Shown piece after piece: positions 11,490-24,169 of a DNA stretch of 64,000 bases. The first letter of the stretch is position 1, and every line of letters begins with the position of its first letter. The DNA is taken from positions 284,890,001 through 284,954,000 of the forward strand of contig OZ024743.1 in NCBI GenBank assembly GCA_964016885.1. Direction: 5' to 3'. The stretch comes from Eledone cirrhosa. Lineage: Eukaryota. The notes beneath the pieces are model-generated. The model ran no database searches, was not told the origin of the DNA, and was given only the letters and a program-made list of their open reading frames with translations. A program made the position numbers and the translations under genes.

Positions 11490-13570
11490 GTGTGATAATA
11501 AAACTTTAAATGGCCAATTTGCACTAATTTTTGTCGAAGTTGAGAGACAGATGCAGTTCATATCAATGTAATTATTGCAGCTGTATTTTTCTCTTATGAA
11601 TTTTCAAGTTTAGAGTCTGCATTATACATTGACAACAGTCAAAATATTGATTTGATTTATCAGCATCTTTATATAATTTTCAAACATATGTTATTCTACT
11701 GTAAACAACCTTGCCAACAGCTTTCTCATACTACCAACACCACCACAACCACAAAATTCAATAAAACTGTACTGAAATTTATTTTCTGTGTTTCTTTTGG
11801 TGGTGGTCATTTTTCTTTTCTATTTCTTTTATTTTTTATTCCCAAGTCTTTTCAATAATGTTTTCCAAGTAGGATTAAATTATATTTGGTTTGCAATTTA
11901 GTTGAAGTTTGCTTTTTAACTGTATTAAAAACATGGTTAGAGTAAGTTGTGATACAAGGATAATCCTTCCCATAACATAATACCAAGCAACTTTGAAAGT
12001 TGCAATAGTAAAACCATAAATCTTTTTAAAATGAAAGCAAAAAAGATGATTCATAATTTTTGTGACACAGAAAGGCTAAACAGTGTAAAGCTCTCTGATG
12101 GATAGAAAATATTCAGCGAACTTTCTTTTGCCGATATAATAAGTTTATCTCCTTCACTCCCGTTTCTCTCCTCTCTCTCTCCCTCTCTCTCCCTCTCTTA
12201 TATATGTGTGTGTGTCTACACATACATATACTCTCTCTTTCTCTGTTACTTTATTGAAAAGTAAAGTCAGTTCTGTAGCTAGACAGTGAAATCAATAAAT
12301 ATATGACAATCAGTATAGCATGTGTCCATTACTATAGTTCACTAAGTGGATCTAGGAAAATAATTCATGTCAGCATTATGAACAATACCTTTTACCCGTG
12401 TATCACACAATATTCTTTGTATGTCTCTTGTACTCTAAAAATGTTTTTTTTTTCTATCCATCCAGCATTGAATTAATTCTTCCTAGATAATAACCAGGAA
12501 TTAGTTTCTACTTTTTTCCTTATTAGCCTGAAGTGATATATATGAAAAAACCCTTGTTGGGCTTTGGTTTAAATCTTAACTGACTACATATTTTAGAAAT
12601 CACTGCTAAAGCAACTTTGATTTCTATGTAATGAAGCAATGAAGTTACTAAAAGAAAAACTTTCCATGTGCTGTTACTAGTCAAAGCTGTCACTGAAACA
12701 CTCTTACCAGCTTTACCAAAAATAGAATACCTGTAACACCATAACTACATTCGTGCATAAGGAATGCACCTAGATGCCAAATTAGTTATGTTTAGTGATG
12801 GTAGTTTTCTGAGACATGCCTTTCACACTTCTTTGCTTTCTATTTATTTAACTCATCTGATAACATGGCGATTTCAGCTTCAAAGCCTGAAGCTATAATA
12901 TGTATGCACCATTTATATTTGTCTATTATTTCTTATTTGAGAGAACTTATGGCAAATATATTCTAACTTCATTGTTGTTTGTTCCCTTTCACTGGAGAAT
13001 TAATAATATTTCTCTATAATATTGGCTTACAGTTTAGTCCAGGCATTAAGTATTTAGATTAGATACTTAATTGGTATTCTCTATTTAGCTCTGCAAGAAT
13101 TGCAACTAGTCTAGTTGATAGGGTGATGACCTACAACTATTCTGTATCCTTAGCCAAGAAATTTAACTCTCAATAACCCAACCTAGTAAATAGACTCCAT
13201 AAATTGTTAAAATTCTATGTTGTAAGCAGAAGGGGCTATAAATAATGTATAAATGTTTCATTAGCTTACAGTATTGGGTTCAACAATGGTCTTGCAAACA
13301 GCGATGAAAGATAATATCAGTCTATCCAATCTTCAGTTGTTATGTAAAAACAAAGTATTTAGTGGTGTCCCACTAACCAAACGGTTTGGGAAACATACAT
13401 ATATAGTTCTAAAATACCTAACTGGAGATTTTCACTAAACATTCATAGCTTCCATTTCAGTATCTGATCTTGAGATTAAAATTTTTTCAATCATTTGTAT
13501 CACCTTTTACACTTGCTTATGCTTGCTTTTGTTTTATATTTTCACTTTCACATTACCATGGTCATTATTA

Positions 13571-13606
<36 letters not shown>

Positions 13607-16042
13607 TAGCATAGCAAATCTCCAATATGTGGGGGATGATATAGGCATCGGATAACATGGCGATTTTACACATTCATTCAGTCTATCTTTGTCATTTCAG
13701 TATTTCTTATTTTACTTATTTGCTTTACTGACTTTTTTCTTTATAATCTTGTTATCAACAAAATATTTGAAGATATCACAGCAAGATATCACTCTAGTTT
13801 AACCTTCCCCAAATACACTATAATATCAGAACAGCTTCATTCAGAATTAAATATGCAACATATTGGCCATAATGAAGTATAAAATATCATAAATTATATG
13901 AGTTAAACAGTAAATTAAAACTCCTTAATAGTATCTAATGAACTGTTCAAGCATATTTTTTATATATAATCTCTTTAGTGATGTCTCAATAGAAGTCATG
14001 ACCTGGCGAACTTCCAGCTGGAACTTGTTTCAGGTATACCTATATTCTCTAATATTACAAATGATGTAGTGAACCTTGTAACATTCCACATAATAAAACA
14101 GCCGGATTTATTGAGCACGTCATTGTTCTTAACTTTTGTTATATCAGGCAAAACACAAGAAAATACATTAATATCTTCTTTATATAATATGAATTAAATA
14201 TAAAATATGTTCCACCTCTTTCAACCATCCCCTTTAACTTATTCACTTGTAAAGATGAAAAGGTAGAAACGATGAGTAAGCAATATGATTAACATCACTT
14301 TGATAGATTTTATTCAAACAGATCAAAATGAATACCTAAGTAAAAGAAGATCCTGTGATGTATGTGTAGTGAACGCATGGTATGATTTATACACACTTGC
14401 TGTTTTTCATGATGATGTCACAATTTTTTCATGAACAAACAAACAAAAAAACTTTTATAACCTTTTGCTAATTTTTATTTCTCTTGCATAATCTCATTAA
14501 TATGTTCTCATTGAACCAGCAGTAGAGACTAGATGACAAGTAGATAATGTATTGGGATAGCTGTTCAAAGGTTATGAGTTCAAGTCTCTACATATGTTGC
14601 TGAGTAAAACACTTTATTGTGCATTGTCTTGGTTCATTTAACTATTTATAATAAGTAGAAATAAGCAGTGAATTGGTAGAGTCATTAGAACATCAGCTAG
14701 ACTGCTTTGGAATATTTGTTCCCTCTCTCTCTACTCTCTGAGTTCAAATCACATCAAGTTTGCCTTTCATTCTTTCAAGGTCAATGCCAAAAATGTACCT
14801 CTCTAGTACTGGGGTCGATTCTTACTCTAAATCCCTTTCTCACTTTCTGCCTTTCATGCTTTCCTTCTCTGAAAAACATTGGGTGTGTTCAGACCTTAAG
14901 AAAGGATGGGCTCTGAAAGGTTTAAAGTACCCAAAGCATGCCATATGTTATGATAACACCCCAACGATTCAATCAAGAGTTACAGGTCCATACATACAAC
15001 AGGTTGTAATATTACCTATGTAGACCAGTATGCTATTCAAGAAATGCTTGCGTTATCTTGCTTTTTTTCTGTGAATCTGTGGATGAACACTAACTCTTAA
15101 AAACCTCTTGAAGCTTAAGAGTCATTGACCTTTTATATAACAATTAACCAACAACTTGATCCTCTTGACAGCACACATAAAGTATTTGAGAATAGGACAC
15201 AACTCTCTTTCCTGATTCATTATTATCAGCATCATTTTTACATCTGTTTCTTCCATACTGGCATGGATTAGATGAGATTTTTAAGACAGTTTTCTACTAA
15301 ATATCCTTCCTGACACCCAACCATACTTATTTTTAAGTATTGTACTTTTTCCAGTGATATTAGCCACTCAAAATGCTAAGTTGTTGGATATTAACAAATT
15401 TCACTAGTTTCTTTTAAAGAAAGACATATGCAATGACAAATGCATGTGCACACACACGCACATACATGAGCTTCCACAAAATTTATGTCTGACAATTATT
15501 CTTGACATTTTATTGTGTACATTTATTTTTGCAAGCATCCATTTTGCTTTGTTTATTATTGGTTCAATATGCCCATCTTTGTAGTAATAGGATGAGGTGC
15601 TAGCCATAATGGTGATTGCAGTTAATATTATCTCCACCCTACAATTTTTCAAAACACAGATGAGTTGTTGTTGTTTTATAACAGAAAAGCTTACAAAAAT
15701 GACAATTAAACAGACATAATTATAACACAACCAGTTGCAATTTGAGAAGCACAAATTACACAACACCAGTATTTGTTCTCCACTGGAGTTGCAAACCAAA
15801 AGGAGACACTAAATCAACTCCAGGCAAAAAAAAAAAAATCGTGAAAGAGGTATGTACAAAAAAAAGAATGCCTTCTTGTGGAATTTACCTAAGAAATGGT
15901 AAGGTGGAAAATAACAGACCTCCTTTTTTCAAAAAGCAAAAATCTGGTTTTTGAAAAATAGCGGGTTTTTCTATATGCCCTTGTAAGACTAGTTTTAAGG
16001 AACCCTGGATGATATATGGTCCCACAGAAGAAATAGGAAGTA

Positions 16043-16234
16043 TGGATTGGATTGCAGTATTAGTAGAGGGTCGGACACCATGCTTTGCAGCAAAGAGTTA
16101 CAGCCTTTTGTAGTCTGAGCTCAAATCCCGCCGAGGTTCACTTTGCTTTTCATCCTTACGGGGTCGATAAAATAAAGTACCAGTAAAACTCTGGGATAAT
16201 TGCTGGCCTTGTGCCAAAAGTAGAAACAAATTAT
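16043..16234 (+). mobile_element. SINE family A copy
   Basis: Near-consensus copy with box A-like and box B-like motifs and a CCTTGTGCCAAAAGTAGAAAC end. Confidence 0.8.
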
Positions 16235-16560
16235 TTAAGAGTGGGAATGATGTAGGAAGCCAGACAATGTTTGTAGAATACATACCTGATCACAGGATGG
16301 TGCAGAAGGAACAGAAACATCATGATAAAAGATAATGGAACCCTCATCCCAAAGTTACCTTTATGCAACAATACAGAAAGATTATGAGCAGATAGAACCA
16401 CCTAATTGTAAGTGCCATCAGCACAAGAGGCTGACAGAGTAATAACCAAGAGAGCCAGCCAGGAGCTCTAAACAGCATTTGCACCCATAGCTAAAGATGG
16501 GGACTGGAGAAAAATGAGAAACTACCAGAGACAGATAAAATATAAAAAAGTAAAAAAAAA

Positions 16561-16958
16561 TAATAAATGTTTCTACTTTTGGCACAAGGCTAGCAATTAT
16601 CTTAGTGTATTACTGGTACTTTATTTTATCGACCCCATAAGGATGAAAGGCAAAGTTAACCTCGGCGGGATTTGAACTCAGACCATAAAGGGCTGTAACT
16701 CTTTGCTGCAAAGCATGGCGTCCAACCCTCTACCGATACTGCTAATCCACTGCCCTTAATAAATAATAATTGTTTCTACTTTTGGCACAAGGCCAGCAAT
16801 TACCCAGTGTATTACTGGTACTTTATTTTATCGACCCCGTAAGGATGAAAGGCAAAGTTAACCTCGGCGGGATTTGAACTCAAACCATAAAGGGCTGTAA
16901 CTCCTTGCTTAAAAGCATGGCGTCTAACCCTCTACCGATACTGCCCATCCACCGCCCC
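16561..16958 (-). mobile_element. Two head-to-tail full-length SINE family A copies
   Basis: Two roughly 195-bp copies (16561-16756 and 16764-16958) joined by an AAT-rich linker. Confidence 0.85.
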
Positions 16959-17686
16959 TTAAAAAATAATAATAATGAGCTCAGACTGCTGCAAGTAGGA
17001 TGTTGGAAATCCCTCATGAAAATGAATCCTTCCCACAGGAGAACCTGAACATTATGGTTATCCAAAATGATCCCTGGAATGTAATGCATCTGTTGAGAAA
17101 TATAGTGTTGTTTGATGAGGAAATAAGGGATGAGTGCATCCAACCCTAAAATAATAGATGGTTAGTGAAAATCACACACCAACAGTCTATCAAAGGCTAA
17201 AAGATCACTACCCAGAAGATATGGGGTATAGCTGGATTGTCCTATTTGGTTATGAGCACTTTAAAAATTATGGTACACCCCTCCCATCACCACTACATAC
17301 AAAGTCTGCAAAAATGTTTGATGCCCTAAGCATGTACTTATTTTGTTTAATGGTTAACCCAGTCATAGATGTGGGAAACTTCACAATTTAATTAAGATTG
17401 AAGAAACTCATGGCCAGTTTAAGAGGACCCCAGTTTGCTGGTGTGATTTGAACTCAGAGCACAGTGAAACAAAACAAAGCAATTCATTGCATTTAGTGTG
17501 CTACTCCATCACTTGTGCCAATTCACTGCTCTCACTAACGAAATCAAATAATTGATAATCCATGCAGAATGTTCAGGAATCGACTCTTGAAGTGTGTTGT
17601 GTGTGATGGGGTTGGGGAGAAAACATAGACAGTTAATGAATTCCAGACTAATGTAGAAATATTCGATGATGTTTATCAATCTTAAT

Positions 17687-18366
17687 AATGATTTCGAATT
17701 TAGACACAAGGCCAGCAATTTTGGGAAAGGAAAAGTCAATTAAATTGACCCCAGTAGTCAACCCTAGGAAGATGAAAGGCAAACCTGACCGCAGCGGAAT
17801 TTGAACATAGAAAGTTAAAAGTAAGAACAAATATTGCAAAGTAATATTGCAGTGTTATAATGATATTAACAATTGTTTCTACTTTTGGCACAAGGCCAGC
17901 AATTATCCCTGAGTTTTACTGGTAACTATAATGATAATGATAAAAATTATTAATAATAATAATTGTTTCTACATTTGGCACAAGGCCAGTAGTTTGAAGG
18001 GAAGGGAAAAGTTGATTAAATTGACCCCAGTGCATTACTGGTGCTTTATTTTCAACCCCAATGAAAGGCAAGGTTAGCCTTGGTGGGATTTGAAGTCAGA
18101 AGGTAAAAGGCCATAATTCTATGCTGCAAAGCATGGTGTCTGATGCTCTACCGATACTGCCAATCCACATAATAATAATTGTTTCTACTTTGGCACAAGG
18201 CCAGCAATTATCCCAGTGTATTACTGGTACTTTATTTACACTGGAATAATAATTGTTTCTACTTTAGGCACAGGGCCAGCAATTACCCAGTGCATTACTG
18301 GTACTTTATTTTATCGACCCCGTAAGGATGAAAGGCAAAGTCAACCTCGGCGGGATTTGAACTCTG
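17687..18366 (-). mobile_element. Cluster of about five co-oriented SINE family A copies and fragments
   Basis: Repeated TTGTTTCTACTTTTGGCACAAGGCCAGCAATT 3' ends near 17690, 17870, 17960, 18175 and 18250, separated by (AAT)n. Confidence 0.8.
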
Positions 18367-18394
18367 ATTATTATTACACTGGAATAATAATAAT

Positions 18395-18975
18395 CATCAA
18401 TGCACAACTTTCAAGCCAATGTGATGAGAAATGTTGATTCTGTGATGACCATGTTGAGGCCATTGACCACCTGGTTTCAGGCTGCAAAGTATTAGCTCCC
18501 CAGGAATATAAAGCAAGGCATGATAGAGTAGGGTAATATTTATACTGGGTAATGTGAAGGTTTTATGGTTTGAAAATGGAGGGAAAATGGTACAACCATC
18601 ACCCAGATGCAATAACAGGAGGCGATAATATGACAATCCTATGCAATTTCCCTGTGAATACTGACAAAACACTCAAGGCCAACGGACCAGATATAACTGT
18701 GAAGGACCATGAGAAAACATGTTTCTTAATTGACATGATCAACCCATCAGATCATAACATCTCCTCAAAAGAGTTTGGAAAGTTCAGTAAGTATAAAGAT
18801 CTATCAATTGAAATTGAAAAAATGTGGCATCTTAAGGCCTGTACAATACCAATGATAGTCGGCTCACTTGGAATGATGGGGAACTGAAAAATATTTGGAC
18901 TAAATATGCAAGATTTACAGAAAATTGTGCTAACTGACACTATCTATGTCTTGAGAACGGCATTATCAATTTAAA
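18395..18975 (+). pseudogene. R4/Dong-clade LINE 3' fragment (CCHC knuckle plus RLE), several stops
   Basis: KC*FCDDHVEAIDHLVSGC...EYKARHDRV...TDKTLKANGPDI...LIDM..PSD.N...KYKDL.IEIEKMW...IVGSLG...LQKIVL; preceded by (AAT)n. Confidence 0.85.
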
Positions 18976-19076
18976 AGCCTTACAAAGACATTTACTGTTT
19001 ATGCCCTTCTGATATCATCTGTATGACAATTGATTGTAAAATGTGTGTATTATCAAATTTTGCCTCAGGTGTCAGG

Positions 19077-19121
<45 letters not shown>

Positions 19122-19326
19122 GAAAAAAAAACACTATATTTTAGTAGGTTGGAAATTCAGTACAAATAAAAGCTGCCCATCTACAAGGGGTGAGAAGTTG
19201 CTACCTAGGTAGACCAGACATGCTATAACTCCAACTACTTTCTTAATAAACTTACTCTCTTTTTAGTTTTTCTCTGCCATCTCTTTCTCTCACTTCTGAT
19301 TATATTTTTCTGATAATGTCTGACTG

Positions 19327-19364
<38 letters not shown>

Positions 19365-20459
19365 CCTCTCTCCCCTCTTCATCTTGTTTATATTCTCTCA
19401 CTTCCTATTTCTTTCTCCTCTCTTTCTGTGTATCACTCTCTTTGTCACTTTGTCTTTTACTCAACCTCACACCTTATAAATTTCTCTCTCTCTCTCCTTT
19501 CATATGCAACTGAAATATTCATACATTTGAATGCTGTCTCATTTTTTCCCAATAATATAGAACCAGAATTCTCAGGACAAATAACCATAATTCTACATTA
19601 GATTTTTGTTCAAAATTTTTCTGAGGGAGGCAAATGTTTAGAGAAAATAACAGAAAAACAAATTCTTCTTTTTGCCTGAAATACCTCTTTGCTGCTTGTC
19701 TAAATAATATGGACATTTTTTTCTTCTACCTTATTTTTATGTTATTGATTTCCCAGTAATTTCTAAGGCATCATTGATTGTACTGTGGCTTCAATTGATA
19801 TATATATATAATGACCTTTATTAGATTATGTATACATTTTGTGGTGGTGGCAGTGGTAATAGTTGTGTTGGTGGTGGTGGTGGTTGACCTTGTTTTTGTT
19901 GTTTAGTGTTTCATGCAGAAGCTGCACAGTTGGGATTCTTTTTTATGCATGTTGCTATGCATGATTATGCAACATATCTATATTATGTTTCAGATATGGA
20001 GTTTGGTGTATACATAAAAATTGCACTATACACATACATATGCACAGCAATCACTCACACACATGCATACAATCAATCACACAAACATACCCACCCATAC
20101 ACAAAATAATACACACTTGCATATGATCACATGCACATACACATACACATGCACACAAACATGCACATTCACATACTTACACATATCTACATACATGTAT
20201 ACTATATAGCTCAACATGTTATGCAAAACTAAAAGAAATATATATCTCTTCCAAATTCATGGTTGGATGATTGGTGAGAGAATTAGCATTCAAGTAGAAA
20301 ACACATGCACCAACAATTCATACAAATTTTTAAATCATGTGTGTGTATATATATATATATATATGATATATATGTATTTGTGTGTGTACATATGTATATT
20401 ATGTTTATATTATGTATATATATAGAGAGAGAGAGAGTGGGAGAGGGAGAAAGAGAGAG

Positions 20460-20611
20460 TCAGCAGTGCTGAATTCAAGGAGACCACAAATCGCAAGAGT
20501 ACTCAATGCATGGGGAGATGCAGAGTGGGTATAGAGATGTGTAAAATCCTGACCGTGGTGTCAAATGGTTTCAGCTTGGCGCCGCTGTTGGGATTTTATA
20601 TATCTCTCTCT

Positions 20612-20612
<1 letters not shown>
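20460..20612 (-). mobile_element. Short fold-back element (PLE pLTR-like) with tail
   Basis: Imperfect inverted repeat GAGATGTGTAAAATCC/GGATTTTATATATCTC, a GAAAC half-core on the minus strand, and a GAGTACTCAAT motif shared with 53777 and 61587. Confidence 0.45.
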
Positions 20613-21068
<456 letters not shown>

Positions 21069-21266
21069 TTTCGTTTCTGAATTTGTTTAGCAAGATTCTT
21101 TATCTGAAAACGATATTGTTATACTTTGGGAGGGTCATGTTGCCAATAAGAAACACACACACCAGTTGCTTTCACTTCAATTTATTATAATAAATTTATA
21201 AATTTAGGAATTTATAAATTTCCGGTTGGTTGGTTGGTTCCACAACCAGATGGTTGTTTATATATT

Positions 21267-21309
21267 GTCAAAGTTCTTTCGTCACACATTCTGTGACCTC
21301 TTCAGTGAC
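21267..21309 (-). ncRNA. Minimal type I hammerhead ribozyme motif (left arm)
   Basis: Exact reverse complement of 22069-22111. Confidence 0.7.
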
Positions 21310-22068
21310 TGGGGATTCTTTTCTTTGTTTTTCTGCCTCTCCTTTGTTCTGTCCTACGCCATCTTGTTTCTGTCTGTGTGTGTTTATATTCGTTTATTTA
21401 TTTGTTTATTTACATGTTACAGGTTGGTTGTTTGTTCTATGTGCGTGTGTGTTTTCATTTTGTCCTTAATTGTAAGTTGTGATGTTGCTGTTCCACTCAT
21501 GTTTTCTATTTAATTTTGGTTGTAATTCTTTTATGTTTATTGCCTCTTTGATTTGTCTAAACATTGCGTCTTTTCTGTGTGTAGATTCTATTTTTATTTC
21601 TATGTTCTCTAATTTACCCTTATGTTCTATTTTAGCATGTTGGTAGAGTACATTAGAGTTCTTTATTAAAGAATCATCTGTACTCTACCAACATGCTAAA
21701 ATAGAACATAAGGGTAAATTAGAGAACATAGAAATAAAAATAGAATCTACACACAGAAAAGACGCAATGTTTAGACAAATGAGAGGCAATAAACATAAAA
21801 GAATTAAAACCAAAATTAAATAGAAAACATGAGTGGAACAGCAACATCACAACTTACAATTAAGGACAAAATGAAAACACACACGCACATAGAACAAACA
21901 ACCAACCTGTAACATGTAAATAAACAAATAAATAAACGAATATAAACACACACAGACACCCGGATGTGGCGCATGCGCAGACTGAGCACACAACACACAC
22001 ACACACAGAAACAAGATGGCGTAGGACAGAACAAAGGAGAGGCAGAAAAACAAAGAAAAGAATCCCCA

Positions 22069-22111
22069 GTCACTGAAGAGGTCACAGAATGTGTGACGAA
22101 AGAACTTTGAC
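22069..22111 (+). ncRNA. Minimal type I hammerhead ribozyme motif (right arm)
   Basis: GTCA CTGAAGA G GTCACA-GAATG-TGTGAC GAAA G-AA-C T T TGAC gives stem I GTCA/TGAC, a 6-bp stem II, a vestigial stem III and an intact core. Confidence 0.7.
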
Positions 22112-22666
22112 AATATATATATAAACAACCATCTGGTTGTGCAACCAACCGGAAATTTATAAATTTATTATAATAAATTGAAGTGAAAGCAACTGGTGTG
22201 TGTGTTTCTTATTGGCAACATGACCCTCCCAAAGTATAACAATATATATATATATATAGTAATAATAATAAATTTGAAGACTAAAATCCCAAAAGGGCTC
22301 GATAAGGATAAATATATATCAAATATATAAGAACCGTAGAGCAAATATTTATTAAAATAACAGATTAAAGTTTAAGCAAAGAATCGCTGCTTTCACCCTT
22401 AACGGAATCTTCTGAAACTAAAATAATCAATCTGTGAATGCAGAAGTAAATATTTCGAAAAACGTTGCAACCGAAGGAAGACAGGAAGACGATACTTTGG
22501 TTCGTGGAAACGTTCCCTGGCAAAGAACGGAAAAAACGAAGATAATACGTAATTATTTGGAGCGGTGAAAACAATTACACGCAGACAAAACCACGTTTAT
22601 GGTATAAATGAAGTCGTAGACTAATATTCTATTAGGTGGTTCGTGGAGACGTTCCCTGGCAATAGC

Positions 22667-22956
22667 CATTCTTTTCTTAACCCTTTAAGAAGGAATATGA
22701 CGTCACTTTCAGCTTACATCTGGAGTCTAAAAGACAACCACACCCAATATAGGTTACGCACTGGGAGATCCTAGCTAAGGCTAGATCATATAACGGAAAT
22801 AAAGAACCATGTGATCTCTGTGCCGCTGAAGCCCTGGAAATACTCTACGCCAATGACCACATCTTAAACAAAAAATCTGAGGCAATTTCGGCTTGTAAAC
22901 ATAAATTGCACAAAACTTTTCTGTATTACAGCCCAACTTTATACCCTAACGGATAG
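22667..22956 (+). pseudogene. PLE GIY-YIG endonuclease C-terminal fragment (one frameshift)
   Basis: Manual translation HSFLNPLRRNMTSLSAYIWSLKD.../HWEILAKARSYNGNKEPCDLCAAEALEILYANDHILNKKSEAISACKHK...* matches the T.LS.YIW.LK, W.IL, C.LC..E, LNK.SE..S.C.H pattern of PLE endonucleases. It is absent from the ORF track. Confidence 0.8.
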
Positions 22957-23635
22957 TACATCTTGATGTGGCAGCTAAGTATATTTTATGTTTATACCAT
23001 TACTTATTTGTATAGGTAAGTATATTTTACCTGTATGTTTTGTGAAGGTACGTATTCTTTCTCATACGTATATTTGCTTGTATTTGTTATAGGCGTATTT
23101 GTTATACTATATATACTGGTACAAGTGTATATGGTTATGTGTATACGTGAGTTTTTCGTTTGTGTGTGTATGCGGGTTTGCACGTATGTAGGGTGTGTGT
23201 ATATGTGTACTTGGTGTTTTGGTTGACGTACGTTTAGCGAACATATGTGTATTTACATGTAGGTGTGTGTGTGTGCGCGCGTTATATGCGTATTTATGTG
23301 TGTATATTTATGTGTGTATATACGTTTATATAATTATATGTATTCGCGCGCGGACACACACACATGTGTATATATTTCTTTTATATATCTTTTATGTGTA
23401 TTTGGTGTATACGTTCGTATGTGTGCGGGTACAGGCGTTGCGTAGGTTTTTGTATGTGTGCGCGTGGTTTAGTGTACATGCCTGTATTTGCATACCCATG
23501 CCGGGTGTTTTCGTGTATACATGTGTATGTGCGTATATGGATGCGTGCATGTATATATTTAATTTGTTAATTTCAATAACCTCTGTAATTTATTTACTTT
23601 ATTCTTAACTCTGAAGCTGAGAATCATTCGGTTTC

Positions 23636-23919
23636 CTAAATAGAATTTTAGTCTACGACTTCAGTTATACCATAAACGTGGTTTTGTCTTTGCGTGTAAT
23701 TGTTCTCACCGCTCCACATAATGACGTATTATCTTCGTTTTTCCGTTCATTGCCAGGGAACGTCTCCACGAACCACCTAATAGAATATTAGTCTACAACT
23801 TCATTAATACCATAAATGTGGTTTTGTCTTTGCATATAATTGTTTTCACCGCACCAAATAATGACGTATTATCTTCGTTTTTTTCCCCGTTCTTTGCCAG
23901 GGAACGTTTCCACGAACCG
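23636..23919 (+). repeat. Roughly 140-bp tandem duplication inside the PLE 3' UTR
   Basis: CCTAA(A)TAGAAT.TTAGTCTAC...TTGCCAGGGAACGT.TCCACGAACC occurs twice. Confidence 0.85.
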
Positions 23920-24059
23920 AAGTATCGTCTTCCTGTCTTCCTTCGGTTGCAACGTTTTTCGAAATATTTACTTCTTCGTTTACAGATTGATTTTTTTAGT
24001 TTCAGAAGATCCCGTTAAGGGTGAAAGCAGCGATTCTTTGCTTAAACTTTAATCTGTTA

Positions 24060-24122
<63 letters not shown>

Positions 24123-24169
24123 TTATATGCATATATATATATATGCATATATATATATATGCATATGTA

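Larger units (their letters stand above)
21069..22245. mobile_element. Large fold-back element: about 540-570 bp inverted arms, 26-bp spacer, 44-bp one-sided tail, flanked by (TA)n
   Basis: Arm 21113-21652 is the reverse complement of 21679-22245 with a few indels; a hammerhead motif lies in each arm. Confidence 0.9.
22258..24067 (+). mobile_element. 5'-truncated Penelope-like element with inverted pseudo-LTR at the 5' junction
   Basis: 22350-22663 is the reverse complement of 23749-24066, plus a roughly 90-bp extra tail at 22258-22349. It encloses a GIY-YIG C-terminal fragment and a long 3' UTR, and is flanked by (TA)n. Confidence 0.8.

Noticed and set aside
15404-15799. 131-aa minus-strand ORF
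   Set aside because: No recognisable domain, a non-ATG start, and it ends in a CA repeat.
16561-18366. Regularly recurring 30-bp motif resembling a CRISPR array
   Set aside because: The repeats are SINE 3' ends, the intervening sequences are homologous to each other, the context is eukaryotic, and there are no cas genes.
21113-22245. Palindromes as fold-back sequencing or assembly artefacts
   Set aside because: Arms differ by substitutions and indels, one family recurs at two loci with the same design, and all have consistent tails and TA flanks. Read-level confirmation is still advisable.
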